Source: Acidaminococcales bacterium | Lineage (GTDB): Bacteria; Bacillota; Negativicutes; Acidaminococcales; JAISLQ01 | NCBI GenBank assembly: GCA_031552765.1 | Contig: JAVBME010000010.1 | Coordinates: 3,704 to 67,703 of the forward strand | Reading direction: 5' to 3' | Length of the DNA: 64,000 nt | Shown: positions 46,814 through 56,374 of the stretch, piece by piece | Position numbering within the stretch: the first letter of the stretch is position 1 | Layout of the letters: the number at the start of each line of letters is the position of its first letter | Program-made: the position numbers and the translations under genes | Notes under the pieces: generated by a model | Database searches by the model: none | Told to the model about the DNA's origin: nothing | The model's input: only the letters and a program-made list of their open reading frames with translations

Positions 46814-49800
46814 ATGTTTTTCTCGCGCCTATTGCGCCCAATAGCTATACTTGCATTCTTAATATATACCGCGCAAGCCGGCCTGCCGGCCAGCGCACAG
46901 AATACGCAGCGCGAACAGATATCTTTCGCAAACATCAGCGTGGAAAACGGCCTTTCTCAAAGCAGCGCGCAGAGCATAATCCAGGATTACCTCGGTTTTT
47001 TGTGGATAGGGACGAAAGACGGGTTAAACCGCTACGATGGCGATAATTTTACTGTATACCGCCACTCTGAATCCAATAAATCTTCTATAAAAAATAATAA
47101 TATAATCGCCATCCAGGAAAATAACCAGGGGGATCTTATAGTCGCCTTCCAGTCCGGCGGACTGAATAAATACATACGGCTAGACGACTCTTTTACCGCT
47201 CTTGGTGGGAATGTTTTTGACAACAGCCAAATCAATACCCTGTATATCGACCGCAGCAATATAATATGGGTAGCCACGAATAAGGGGCTATTTGTCAGCG
47301 ATGCCGCCGGTAAAGAATTTTCTTTGCATGTGACTCCGACCAAAGACCCCATACCCGGCTTTACAGTTACCGGCATTAGCGAAGGCATGACCAACGCCGT
47401 ATGGCTATCCAGCACAAACGGACTATTGAAACACGACCGGCAATATAATGATTGCCAGTTATATAAAAATCCCTGGGGAAACTATTCGCCCGGCGCAAAC
47501 AACCTAACTGCCGTTTGTGTCCTCGCTGATGGAAATGTACTCGTAGGCACGGAAGAAGACGGGGCCTTTTTGTTCAACCCGGCCGACAATACCTTCCACC
47601 CGCTGGAAGTTTCCTATGACGAACCAGGCACGCTCCTGGGACAAAAAATAACCGCCCTATTGCAGGACAGCAACGGTTTTATCTGGATCGGCACAGACGA
47701 CCAGGGCCTTTCCATAAAACACCCGCGTACGCCGCATGCACGCAAATTCCGCGACTATGACATCCATAAGGGCTCTCTTAGCAATGACCGCATCCGCAAC
47801 CTGTACGAAGACAGGTCGGGACGCATTTGGGTCGGCACTTTTGTCGGCGGCATCAATATGTATGACAGCCACAGAAGCTATTTTCCCAGCATGTCGCGCC
47901 AACCGGGAAGAACCAATTCTCTTATAAACAATTCCGTACGCGGCTTTATTTCCCAGAACCCCGGCAGTCTATGGATAGCCACGGAAAACGGCCTTGATTA
48001 CTGGGACAGGAATGCCAACACCTTCCGCCATTACCAGTATGAAAGCAATAACCCCTACTCAATAAACTCCAACCGCTGTACCTCTTTGTCCCTGGACCGC
48101 GACGGCACGCTCTGGGTCTCCACCATTGACGGCATAGCGCGTTATGATAAAGAAAACGACCGCTTTATGCGCCTTGACCTTTCATACACAGGACTTGGCG
48201 GTGATTTTCGCAACAGCGAAGTTCGCGAAGTATTTAAAGACAGCCGGGGCAATTTTTGGTATGGGCTGACTAACGGGCTGGTTTTCAGCGACAAAAAAAA
48301 CGGTCTGCATATCGGTTACAAAAATGACCCTAAAATATCCACCTCGCTTATCGGCAATAATATATATGAAATATTCGAAGACTCCGACGGATATATCTGG
48401 ATATCCACCACCAACGGCCTTAGCCGCTTTTCCTATGCGACAGGACAGTTTTACAACTTCCAGCACAATCCCGACAACCCCATTAGCATTAGCAGCAACC
48501 TTGTGTATACTTTTTTTGAAGACGACAGCTATATCTGGATGGGTACGCTAAACGGCGGCCTCAACCGCTATAATAAACAAAACGGCGAATTTAAGATATT
48601 TACAGCAGAAACCGGCCTGTCTAATGATACTATTTATGGCATAATAGCAGACGACAGCGGCCTTTTATGGCTGTCTACCAATAACGGGCTTTGCGTTTTT
48701 GACCGCCAAAAAGAAAGCCTCGTCATGTCTTTTGGCATGAAAGACGGTTTACAGAGCCAGGAATTCAATAATAAAGCCTACTACAAAAGCCCTGAAGGCG
48801 AAATATTTTTTGGCGGCATCAACGGCTTTAATTACTTTTTCCCGCACCGCATAAAGATAAATCCTATGGCCTCACCGCTGGTATTTACCGGAATAGATAT
48901 AAACCGGGCGCCGGTCAGCACTTTCAACCGCTATGCACTTACAGGCGAAATAACTCTCAATTATTCACAAGACCACATCACTTTTTACTTTACCACACTG
49001 GATTTTGCCACTCACGGCAAGAGAAGTTACTCTTATATATTGGAAGGATATGACAAAGACTGGATAGCCACCAAAACAAACAATATCAGCTATGAAAAAT
49101 TGCCGGCAGGCACATACAACCTGTTAATAAAAGGCTCAAACGCCGACGGCATCTGGAACGAAAACCCCATAACCATGCGTATCCACGTCCAAGTGCCGCC
49201 CTGGCGGACCCGCTGGGCTATGGCAGCCTACGTTCTTATAATGTGCTTTTTTATCCGTTTCATTATCCTGCGCCAGCGCAAAAAAGTTCTGGCGGTCGAG
49301 GAAAACAACCGGCGCCTCAATGAGATGATTGATGAGAAAACCTGGGAATTGCAGCTGAGTATGCAGGTACTTGACGAAAAGAACAAAAAGCTGTATTTCC
49401 TCACTATGCATGACGAACTGACAGGACTTTTCAACCGCAAGCGTTTTTCCGACGTTGAAGATGATTTTACAAAAGGCATTTACAGCAACAGATTGCCGCT
49501 TTGCATAATTGTCGGCGATGTGGACGGCTTAAAACTTATAAATGACCATTTCGGCCATACAATGGGCGATGAATTTCTTAAAAAAGCTGCGGAAATAATC
49601 TCCTGTTCACTGCGCGAAGGCGACATAGCCTGCCGCATCGGCGGCGATGAGTTCGTCCTCATAATCCCCAGCTGCGACCAGGTAATTTTACAAAAGATAA
49701 TAAACCGTATAGTATTAGAGGAAGACAATTACAATTCTTCCCTCGAAAGTAAGTTCTTCCTTCATATATCGCTCGGCTACAGTTTCCTTGACGCCGACAA

Positions 49801-49927
49801 CAGCTTTAAAAACGCCTTTGAGGCAGCCGACGAGATGATGTATGAAAACAAGAAAAAAGAAAAAGAATATACCTCACAGCTTATAATAAGTAAAATAGAG
49901 GAAACCAAAAGCAGGCTCGACCTATGA
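46814..49927 (+). CDS. Diguanylate cyclase with periplasmic two-component-regulator propeller repeats and Y_Y_Y domain
   Basis: Signal/TM, then many repeats of the W(I/V)GT..GL..(Y/F)D type (Reg_prop), Y_Y_Y-like YSY.LEGYDKDW, a TM (WAMAAYVLIMCFFIRFIIL), a coiled coil, and GGDEF with an intact RIGGDEF and an RxxD I-site (REGD). Start placed at ATG 46814 (GGAGG RBS). Confidence 0.85.
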   Translation: MFFSRLLRPIAILAFLIYTAQAGLPASAQNTQREQISFANISVENGLSQSSAQSIIQDYLGFLWIGTKDGLNRYDGDNFTVYRHSESNKSSIKNNNIIAIQENNQGDLIVAFQSGGLNKYIRLDDSFTALGGNVFDNSQINTLYIDRSNIIWVATNKGLFVSDAAGKEFSLHVTPTKDPIPGFTVTGISEGMTNAVWLSSTNGLLKHDRQYNDCQLYKNPWGNYSPGANNLTAVCVLADGNVLVGTEEDGAFLFNPADNTFHPLEVSYDEPGTLLGQKITALLQDSNGFIWIGTDDQGLSIKHPRTPHARKFRDYDIHKGSLSNDRIRNLYEDRSGRIWVGTFVGGINMYDSHRSYFPSMSRQPGRTNSLINNSVRGFISQNPGSLWIATENGLDYWDRNANTFRHYQYESNNPYSINSNRCTSLSLDRDGTLWVSTIDGIARYDKENDRFMRLDLSYTGLGGDFRNSEVREVFKDSRGNFWYGLTNGLVFSDKKNGLHIGYKNDPKISTSLIGNNIYEIFEDSDGYIWISTTNGLSRFSYATGQFYNFQHNPDNPISISSNLVYTFFEDDSYIWMGTLNGGLNRYNKQNGEFKIFTAETGLSNDTIYGIIADDSGLLWLSTNNGLCVFDRQKESLVMSFGMKDGLQSQEFNNKAYYKSPEGEIFFGGINGFNYFFPHRIKINPMASPLVFTGIDINRAPVSTFNRYALTGEITLNYSQDHITFYFTTLDFATHGKRSYSYILEGYDKDWIATKTNNISYEKLPAGTYNLLIKGSNADGIWNENPITMRIHVQVPPWRTRWAMAAYVLIMCFFIRFIILRQRKKVLAVEENNRRLNEMIDEKTWELQLSMQVLDEKNKKLYFLTMHDELTGLFNRKRFSDVEDDFTKGIYSNRLPLCIIVGDVDGLKLINDHFGHTMGDEFLKKAAEIISCSLREGDIACRIGGDEFVLIIPSCDQVILQKIINRIVLEEDNYNSSLESKFFLHISLGYSFLDADNSFKNAFEAADEMMYENKKKEKEYTSQLIISKIEETKSRLDL

Positions 49928-49945
49928 CCGAAAGGATATTTAGCC

Positions 49946-50635
49946 ATGAGATTACTTCGTCCGCTTCTTTTTACACTGCTGATTCTGGCTCTGAACGCTT
50001 CGCCACTATTAGCGGCGGATAAAACTTACCGTATCGCGGAAGATACCTCTTTGCCTACCGGCAAAAGCTATGTCACCTGTAAAGCCGGCAGCATCGTTAC
50101 GCTAAACGCCAAAGGCCATATTATAAAAGCTACTCTGGCCAAAGATGAGTTTGTCCATACCGCGCGCATTTCTTTGCGCTTCAAGGCCGGAACCGAGATT
50201 TCGCTTGATGACAGCGGAAATGCCCGCCGCGGCATATTGTTCAACAACGAAACAATTTATAACGGGCGCAATTATTATCGTTTCCGCGCCGGCACAGTAG
50301 TAGTATTTGATGAGAAAGGCAATTTAACGGAAGGCACGCTCTTAGCCAACCAGATAATCGATACCGGCGCCATGCGCTGCCATTTTCTGGCAGCCCCGGT
50401 ATATTTCCATGCGGACGGTTTTGCCGCCGCCGGTACTTTGGCAGAAGACCAAGAACTATCGAACGGACGCGTCTCTTTTACTTACATGGGCGGTTCACAG
50501 GCAACCTTCAACAACCGGGGCTATTTGCAAAGCGGAGTACTGCTATATACTCAAAACATCGCTACCAAATACTCGACAAAATCTTTTCCCGCCGGTAGCA
50601 GAGTAAGTTATACCGGCGACGGTTACGCATTATAA
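49946..50635 (+). CDS. Hypothetical secreted protein built from ~34-aa degenerate repeats
   Basis: Signal peptide ending LLA-AD. 5-6 units of the type F(R/K)AG(T/S).(V/I).(F/L)(D/N)..G.(L/I)..G.L. 18 nt after the cyclase stop. Confidence 0.55.
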   Translation: MRLLRPLLFTLLILALNASPLLAADKTYRIAEDTSLPTGKSYVTCKAGSIVTLNAKGHIIKATLAKDEFVHTARISLRFKAGTEISLDDSGNARRGILFNNETIYNGRNYYRFRAGTVVVFDEKGNLTEGTLLANQIIDTGAMRCHFLAAPVYFHADGFAAAGTLAEDQELSNGRVSFTYMGGSQATFNNRGYLQSGVLLYTQNIATKYSTKSFPAGSRVSYTGDGYAL

Positions 50636-50678
50636 GCGCACCCGCGCGCATACTTTTTTAATGTAAGGAGGGCGTTTT

Positions 50679-50864
50679 ATGCTAAAAGACCCGATCCAAA
50701 GCTTTAATGACCCTAAAATGCTGGAACTTTTGAAAGAAATAAACAAAACCAAAGAAGAAATTGCCAACACCACCGACGACATACAAAAAGATAAGCTTAA
50801 GAAGAAGCTTAACGACCAGCAGATGCACTACAACATCTTGTCTGAACGACGCGGCCCAGGCTGA
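50679..50864 (+). CDS. Small charged (coiled-coil-like) hypothetical protein
   Basis: 61 aa with a strong AAGGAGG RBS 7 nt upstream of the ATG. No family recognised. Confidence 0.45.
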   Translation: MLKDPIQSFNDPKMLELLKEINKTKEEIANTTDDIQKDKLKKKLNDQQMHYNILSERRGPG

Positions 50865-50989
50865 CCTCTACCTGCGGCAACCCATTACCCCAAAAACTCC
50901 GGGGCTAAGAGTTGCAAAACACTTGCCCGCGGAGTTTTATTACTGCCAGTAGAGACATATTGACCAAACCGCAAGGAGCTTGATGCCTG

Positions 50990-52384
50990 ATGAGCGCATT
51001 TTTCCGGAAAACAGTCTTTTTTTGTTTGCTTGCATACTGCTGTCTCTTTGGCGCCGGACCCGCCGCCGCCAATCCGTTTGCCGACGTCCAACCCGGTCAC
51101 TGGTCGTATCAGGCAACCAAAGAACTTGTAGAATCCGGTCTGGTAGACGACTATAACAACAGCATGTTCGCAAAAAACAAGCGCATTTCTCGTTATGCCC
51201 TTGCCCAGCTCGTCGGGCAGGCTTTATACCGCATAGACGAGGCTACGCCAAAACAAAAAGGAGCGATAAAGAGGCTGGTAGATGAATACCGGCCGGATCT
51301 TGAACGCCTTGGCGCTTTTGAAAACCCCAAAACACCGGAAAAAAATGCTCCCGACGCCGGAAACAATGATGTAGAAAAACGCCTCGACACACTGGAAAAA
51401 AACACCTCCGGCATAAAAGACTGGGAGATAAGCGGCTGGTTCAACTCGGAAAACACATACGGGCAACGTTACCCTGGCAACTCCGACCACGAATATAAAT
51501 TGGAAGCGCGGCTGCAATTTGACAAAAAAGTTTCCGATACGATCAGTATTACCTATCAAATGGCCACCAAAACTTATCTTGACGGCTATAGCGCTACCGG
51601 CAACGACAACTTTGGCCAGGAATACCCGAACAGCAACAAAGAAAAAGTCTTTACCCGCTTGGCCTACCTTACCTGGAAACCTGGCGGCCAGCACGAAATA
51701 ATAGCCGGTAAATTTGCCGTTTGGCTGGCTGGCGGCTTTTTGGGCGACGATTATTTAAAAGGCGTGCAGTGGAATTATGCGACTGATAACGATATACGTT
51801 TTTCCCTTCTGGCTTCACGCTACGAGTCAAACGCCGACTGGCCGGGACTGGTTATCTACCCTGATCCGTCATCCCCTACTGGCTACAGCGCTTACCGCAG
51901 CATCACAGACAGGGATGTCTGGTATGCAAAAATAGCCACTACTTTTGGCAAAACAGACGTCGGCCTTCACTATCTTGCCGCCAACAACAACCTTGTCAGC
52001 AAAGACGACACCAACATAATAGCGGCTACTGTGGACGGCAAATATAAAGACATAGAGCTTTCCGCCGCCTACGGCCAAAATGTCGCGGCCAGCTCGCACA
52101 ACAATATGTTTAAATTGCAGGCCGCCAAAACATTTGGCAAACATAGCGCGATAATCCAGTATTGGCTGCAAGAACAAAACATTGACCTGCCGCTTGAGAA
52201 CGGCAACCACACAGCTTTTTGGAGCGACCAGTATTCACCGGCCGGCCTGCGCGGTTATCGGCTAATATACGGTTACCGGTTCACGGACAATCTGCTTTTT
52301 GAAGCTTTCTACGGCGACTACCGCTCGCTTACTACCCACCAGACCGGGCAAAAATACGGTTTTTCCACAACACTGCAATTTTAA
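50990..52384 (+). CDS. OmpM-like outer-membrane protein: SLH domain + beta-barrel
   Basis: Signal peptide. SLH motif FADVQPGHWSYQATKELVESGLV...ISRYALAQLV. A charged linker, then ~330 aa of alternating-hydrophobicity strands ending FSTTLQF. Confidence 0.75.
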   Translation: MSAFFRKTVFFCLLAYCCLFGAGPAAANPFADVQPGHWSYQATKELVESGLVDDYNNSMFAKNKRISRYALAQLVGQALYRIDEATPKQKGAIKRLVDEYRPDLERLGAFENPKTPEKNAPDAGNNDVEKRLDTLEKNTSGIKDWEISGWFNSENTYGQRYPGNSDHEYKLEARLQFDKKVSDTISITYQMATKTYLDGYSATGNDNFGQEYPNSNKEKVFTRLAYLTWKPGGQHEIIAGKFAVWLAGGFLGDDYLKGVQWNYATDNDIRFSLLASRYESNADWPGLVIYPDPSSPTGYSAYRSITDRDVWYAKIATTFGKTDVGLHYLAANNNLVSKDDTNIIAATVDGKYKDIELSAAYGQNVAASSHNNMFKLQAAKTFGKHSAIIQYWLQEQNIDLPLENGNHTAFWSDQYSPAGLRGYRLIYGYRFTDNLLFEAFYGDYRSLTTHQTGQKYGFSTTLQF

Positions 52385-52420
52385 AGCAATAAATTATAAC
52401 ATGTATTAGAGGAGGCGATT

Positions 52421-54565
52421 TTGACGATGTTTGACAAATTCACACATCTTTTAGACGCTTTTTCTAACCTGTTTCTCATCAGGGCTATCAGAAACGGCCT
52501 CATGCTCATGATCCCGGTAATGATGGTGGGCTCTTTGGCGATCATGATAAATAACCTGCCCATACACCAATTCCAGGATACCATGACCTTCGCCTTTGGC
52601 AGCAGCTGGAAAGAATTTGGCGGCCTGGTTGCTAAAGGCACGTTCAGCATAATGTCCGTGGTCATGCTCATTTCAGTCAGTTACTCCATCGCGCAGGAAA
52701 GCCGTCTTACGATTGACGGGCGCGCGCATCCCCTGATAGCCAGCGTCATAGCCCTCGGGAGCCTGATAATCCTCACCCAGCCTATCGACGACGGGCAGGG
52801 CCTGCCCTTTTTCTGGCTGGCGGCCACCGGCCTGTTTGTCGCGATAATAACTGCCATAACTTCCACCTATATTTATCTTGCCCTTTCGTCTTATGACGCT
52901 TTGAACATCGACGTTTTCAGCCATGATGTAGATTCCAATATATATAAAGCGATCAGCGCCATCATCCCGGCGCTCTTGACCATGGTCATGTTCGCCTGTA
53001 TCAAGACCGCCTTTACCGCCTGGGGTTTCTATGATATCCATAAAATAGTTTACGATGTCCTAAAAGGCCTCTTTATCGACCTTACCAACAACCTCCACAC
53101 CGCTTTTTTATTCAACATAAGCTCCCATCTGTTCTGGTTCCTTGGCATACACGGCAACAACATACTGGAGCCTGTATCGCAGGAACTATACCTAGTAGCG
53201 CTGCACGCCAACGCCACCAATGTACAAATGGGCATAGCGCCTACGCAAATCTTCACTAAACCCTTTTTTGATGTTTTTGTTTACCTGGGCGGTTCGGGGT
53301 CTTCTCTTTGCCTGATTATGGCCATCCTCATCGGAGCGGCCGGCGCCAACATATCTAAAATCGCCAAAATGTCCATATTTCCGGCGTTATTCAATATAAA
53401 CGAAGTTATGGTATTTGGCCTGCCTATAGTATTTAACCCTTATTACCTTATACCCTTCCTCTTCGTTCCCTGCCTGCTCACCATAACCACTTACCTGGCC
53501 ATGTCCTGGGGGCTTGTCCCTCTTACAATAGCCGAAACGCAATGGACGACGCCGATACTCCTCGGCGGGTATTATACCTGCGACTCCCTTGCGGGCTCAG
53601 TCCTCCAGGTTTTTAACCTTGCCATAGGAACGGCAGTATACCTGCCCTTTGTCCGTATAGCCGAAGCGCAGCGCAAAGCCAGGGCTAAAGCCGCCCTAAA
53701 AGGTTTCTTCCAGGAAGTATTTGACCTTGAAGAGAAAAAAGTCCCCGTTCTTTTGCACCGGCAGGACAATACCGGAAGCATTGCCCGCGGGCTGGCCCAA
53801 GACATACAACTCGACCTGCATGACGACATTTTTCTCATGGAATACCAGGCGCAAGTGGACAATGACGGAAAAGTATGCGGCGCGGAAGCCCTTTTGCGTT
53901 GGCCGCACCGCGTATACGGCAGGATACCGCCCCCGGTCATAATCGCGGTCGCCGAAGAAGCTGGCCTCATGGACGCGATAGGCGACATGATAATCAAGAA
54001 AGTTTTCAACCAGGTCGGCGAATGGCAAAAGGTAGACTATATGAAAGACCTTACCATCTCGCTTAATATATCATCATCGCAAATGGAAAAAGAGCGTATA
54101 ATCCCTGTCCTTAAAAACTCCCTGCAGCAGAGCGGCGCCGATCCCGCCGGCCTAGAAATAGAGCTTACCGAAGGACGCCTCTTGAGCAATAATGCCGACA
54201 TATGGGAACGGTTGGAGCAATTTAGAAACCTCGGCTTTAAATTTGCCATAGACGACTTTGGTATGGGACACAACTCTATGCGCTATTTGCGAGAATTCAA
54301 GATCGACACCATCAAGCTGGACGGCTCATTGACCACCGAAGTATTGACAAGCAAGAACGCGCGCGACATAGTATCCTCCATCGTCCAGCTGGCTCAAAAC
54401 CTTGATCTCAACATAATCGCCGAGTTTGCCGAAACCAAAGACCAAATACTCCTCCTAAAAGACCTCGGCTGCAAACAATACCAGGGCTATTATTACAGTC
54501 CGTCACTGCCGCCGGCCGAATTTGCCGACTATGTTTATCAAATGAATGTACACAAAGAAGACTAA
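52421..54565 (+). CDS. PTS EIIC-like membrane domain fused to an EAL c-di-GMP phosphodiesterase domain
   Basis: The N-terminal ~430 aa resemble lactose/cellobiose-type EIIC (FLIRAIRNGLMLMIPVMMVGS...). The C-terminal part carries EAL motifs EALLRW, NIS, ELTE, DDFGMG, KLD, QGY. Start at TTG 52421 or ATG 52427 after a GAGGAGG RBS. Confidence 0.8.
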   Translation: MTMFDKFTHLLDAFSNLFLIRAIRNGLMLMIPVMMVGSLAIMINNLPIHQFQDTMTFAFGSSWKEFGGLVAKGTFSIMSVVMLISVSYSIAQESRLTIDGRAHPLIASVIALGSLIILTQPIDDGQGLPFFWLAATGLFVAIITAITSTYIYLALSSYDALNIDVFSHDVDSNIYKAISAIIPALLTMVMFACIKTAFTAWGFYDIHKIVYDVLKGLFIDLTNNLHTAFLFNISSHLFWFLGIHGNNILEPVSQELYLVALHANATNVQMGIAPTQIFTKPFFDVFVYLGGSGSSLCLIMAILIGAAGANISKIAKMSIFPALFNINEVMVFGLPIVFNPYYLIPFLFVPCLLTITTYLAMSWGLVPLTIAETQWTTPILLGGYYTCDSLAGSVLQVFNLAIGTAVYLPFVRIAEAQRKARAKAALKGFFQEVFDLEEKKVPVLLHRQDNTGSIARGLAQDIQLDLHDDIFLMEYQAQVDNDGKVCGAEALLRWPHRVYGRIPPPVIIAVAEEAGLMDAIGDMIIKKVFNQVGEWQKVDYMKDLTISLNISSSQMEKERIIPVLKNSLQQSGADPAGLEIELTEGRLLSNNADIWERLEQFRNLGFKFAIDDFGMGHNSMRYLREFKIDTIKLDGSLTTEVLTSKNARDIVSSIVQLAQNLDLNIIAEFAETKDQILLLKDLGCKQYQGYYYSPSLPPAEFADYVYQMNVHKED

Positions 54566-54587
54566 TGACCATTTCGGTCATTAGTCT
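54559..54587. terminator. Bidirectional terminator between the EIIC-EAL gene and the gcdA-like gene
   Basis: agactaatgacc-atttc-ggtcattagtct followed by tcttttgc. Confidence 0.65.
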
Positions 54588-54595
54588 TCTTTTGC

Positions 54596-56347
54596 TTACC
54601 CTTTTATTATCCGCGGGAGTATCATCTGGTGCACCGGCGTTATGCATTTTGGATTTTGGTAGCAGCCATAGGTGAAGGCTTCACAGTAATTTCTTAAATT
54701 AGCCAGTTCCACTACTTCGTCTATCATCCCTGTTTTTGCGCAAAAAGCCGGACGGGATTTGTCGTAGTAGTCCTCTACCATTTCATTCATTTTGGCCAGT
54801 GTGCCGTCAAGCGGTTTGCCTTCGTCATGCTCTTTGACCAGCCGACGCCCAAAGGCCGCCACCGCCGCTGTCTCACTGTGCATGACGTATATCTCGGTTA
54901 TCGGCGTGCCTATACTCATGGCGGTCGTCGTCGACTGCGGCCCGCCCATCAGGTAGTGCGCCGCCGCCGTGCCTTTCCTTAATATGATGCTCATCATCGG
55001 CATATCGGCTTTTTCTATGGAGTATATAAGCGCCTGTCCCAAGGCCAAAAGTTCCGCCGCTTCCGCGTCGTCGCCCACATCTATGCCCACAGTGTCCTGC
55101 AACCAGATTAGCGGCAGGCTGTCCCGCCCGCACATAGTGACAAATTCGCTCATTTTTATCAGGCCCTGCCGGTAAAGCTTGCCACCCAGCCCAACGCTGT
55201 CTTTGGGGTAATACTCCGGATAGTTAAGGAAAAAACCCTGCCGGTTGCCGACTATCCCGACCGGCAGCCCGCCGACTTTGGCTATGCCGGTAAAAACTTC
55301 CGGCCCCACATCAGCCTTGTACTCCATAAATTCGCTGCCGTCAGTCAGGCGGGCCAATACCTGCATGGAGTCATATATTTTTTTGTGGTCGGCCTGCAAA
55401 AGATAATACAAATCTTCAGCTGGGTAAAGAGGCGGCCGCTCGTCGGCCACCCGGAAAAAGTCCGGGTGATAGGCCGGCAGCTTTTCCATGTAATCTTTTA
55501 TCCCGTCCAGCACGCCTTCTTCCTCTTCATGTACCTCCCGAAAATAGGCAGTCTGGTCAAAATGTGTTTCTACCCGCCCAGGCGGTTTAGCTTTGAGGTT
55601 TTTGGTCGCCTGGATTATTTGCAGGGCGCTTTCGGCGTCAAAACTGCCCGTCGGGTTCATGCCACCGACTATACCGGCTCCGCCCACTGCTATATTGGCG
55701 TCCTTATGGGCGATAAGTATGGTCGGGCTGATGCCGTGATAGCCGCCGCCAGCCGGGTTGGTGGCAAAAATGGCGTTTAGTACCGGTATACCCATCTGGT
55801 TTAAGAGAGCATGCCGGAAGAAAGGCGCGCCGTTACCGCGAGCGTTGGGGAATACTTTTTCCTGTTCGGCCAGTTTGACGCCGCTGCAATTCAAGAGCCA
55901 AACCAAGGGCAGCCGCAGCCGCTTGGCCATATCGGCTACTCTGAGGATGTTTTCCGCCTGGCCGGCTATCCAGGCGCCGGCCAGTACTTTGTTGTCAAAA
56001 GCGATGATGACAGCCCAGCGTCCGCGTATACGACCCAGGCCGTCTATAACGCCTGTACAGCCTTCTTCGTTTTCCACCGGGTCGTACAGCGTGTGCAACG
56101 GGCGCCAGGTCCCCTCGTCCACCAGGTATTTTATCCGCTCATAACCGGTCATCTGGCCTTTTTCATGTACTTTGGCCGCGCTTATGCCGCTGTTCTTGAC
56201 CCGTGCCACTTCTTTTTCTATTATTTTTTCCTGTTCCTTTATGCTGTCGGCGTTAGCCTGGTTGCGTTCGACTAAAAGTTCATCGAGCGGCGAACCGATT
56301 TGCGTCATTTGCTCAAAATACGGCCTAAGCGGCCTTTGTTTACGCAT
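54596..56347 (-). CDS. gcdA: Carboxyltransferase, glutaconyl-CoA decarboxylase alpha subunit (GcdA) type
   Basis: ~583 aa. YFEQMTQIG N-terminus, GQAENILR, LLNCSGVKL....VFPNARG...FF and TNPAGGGYHGISPT closely match my recollection of Acidaminococcus GcdA and not MmdA/PccB-type sequences. Start placed at ATG 56347. Confidence 0.75.
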   Translation of the reverse strand: MRKQRPLRPYFEQMTQIGSPLDELLVERNQANADSIKEQEKIIEKEVARVKNSGISAAKVHEKGQMTGYERIKYLVDEGTWRPLHTLYDPVENEEGCTGVIDGLGRIRGRWAVIIAFDNKVLAGAWIAGQAENILRVADMAKRLRLPLVWLLNCSGVKLAEQEKVFPNARGNGAPFFRHALLNQMGIPVLNAIFATNPAGGGYHGISPTILIAHKDANIAVGGAGIVGGMNPTGSFDAESALQIIQATKNLKAKPPGRVETHFDQTAYFREVHEEEEGVLDGIKDYMEKLPAYHPDFFRVADERPPLYPAEDLYYLLQADHKKIYDSMQVLARLTDGSEFMEYKADVGPEVFTGIAKVGGLPVGIVGNRQGFFLNYPEYYPKDSVGLGGKLYRQGLIKMSEFVTMCGRDSLPLIWLQDTVGIDVGDDAEAAELLALGQALIYSIEKADMPMMSIILRKGTAAAHYLMGGPQSTTTAMSIGTPITEIYVMHSETAAVAAFGRRLVKEHDEGKPLDGTLAKMNEMVEDYYDKSRPAFCAKTGMIDEVVELANLRNYCEAFTYGCYQNPKCITPVHQMILPRIIKG

Positions 56348-56374
56348 GTATCCATCCCCTTTCAAAATTAATTT

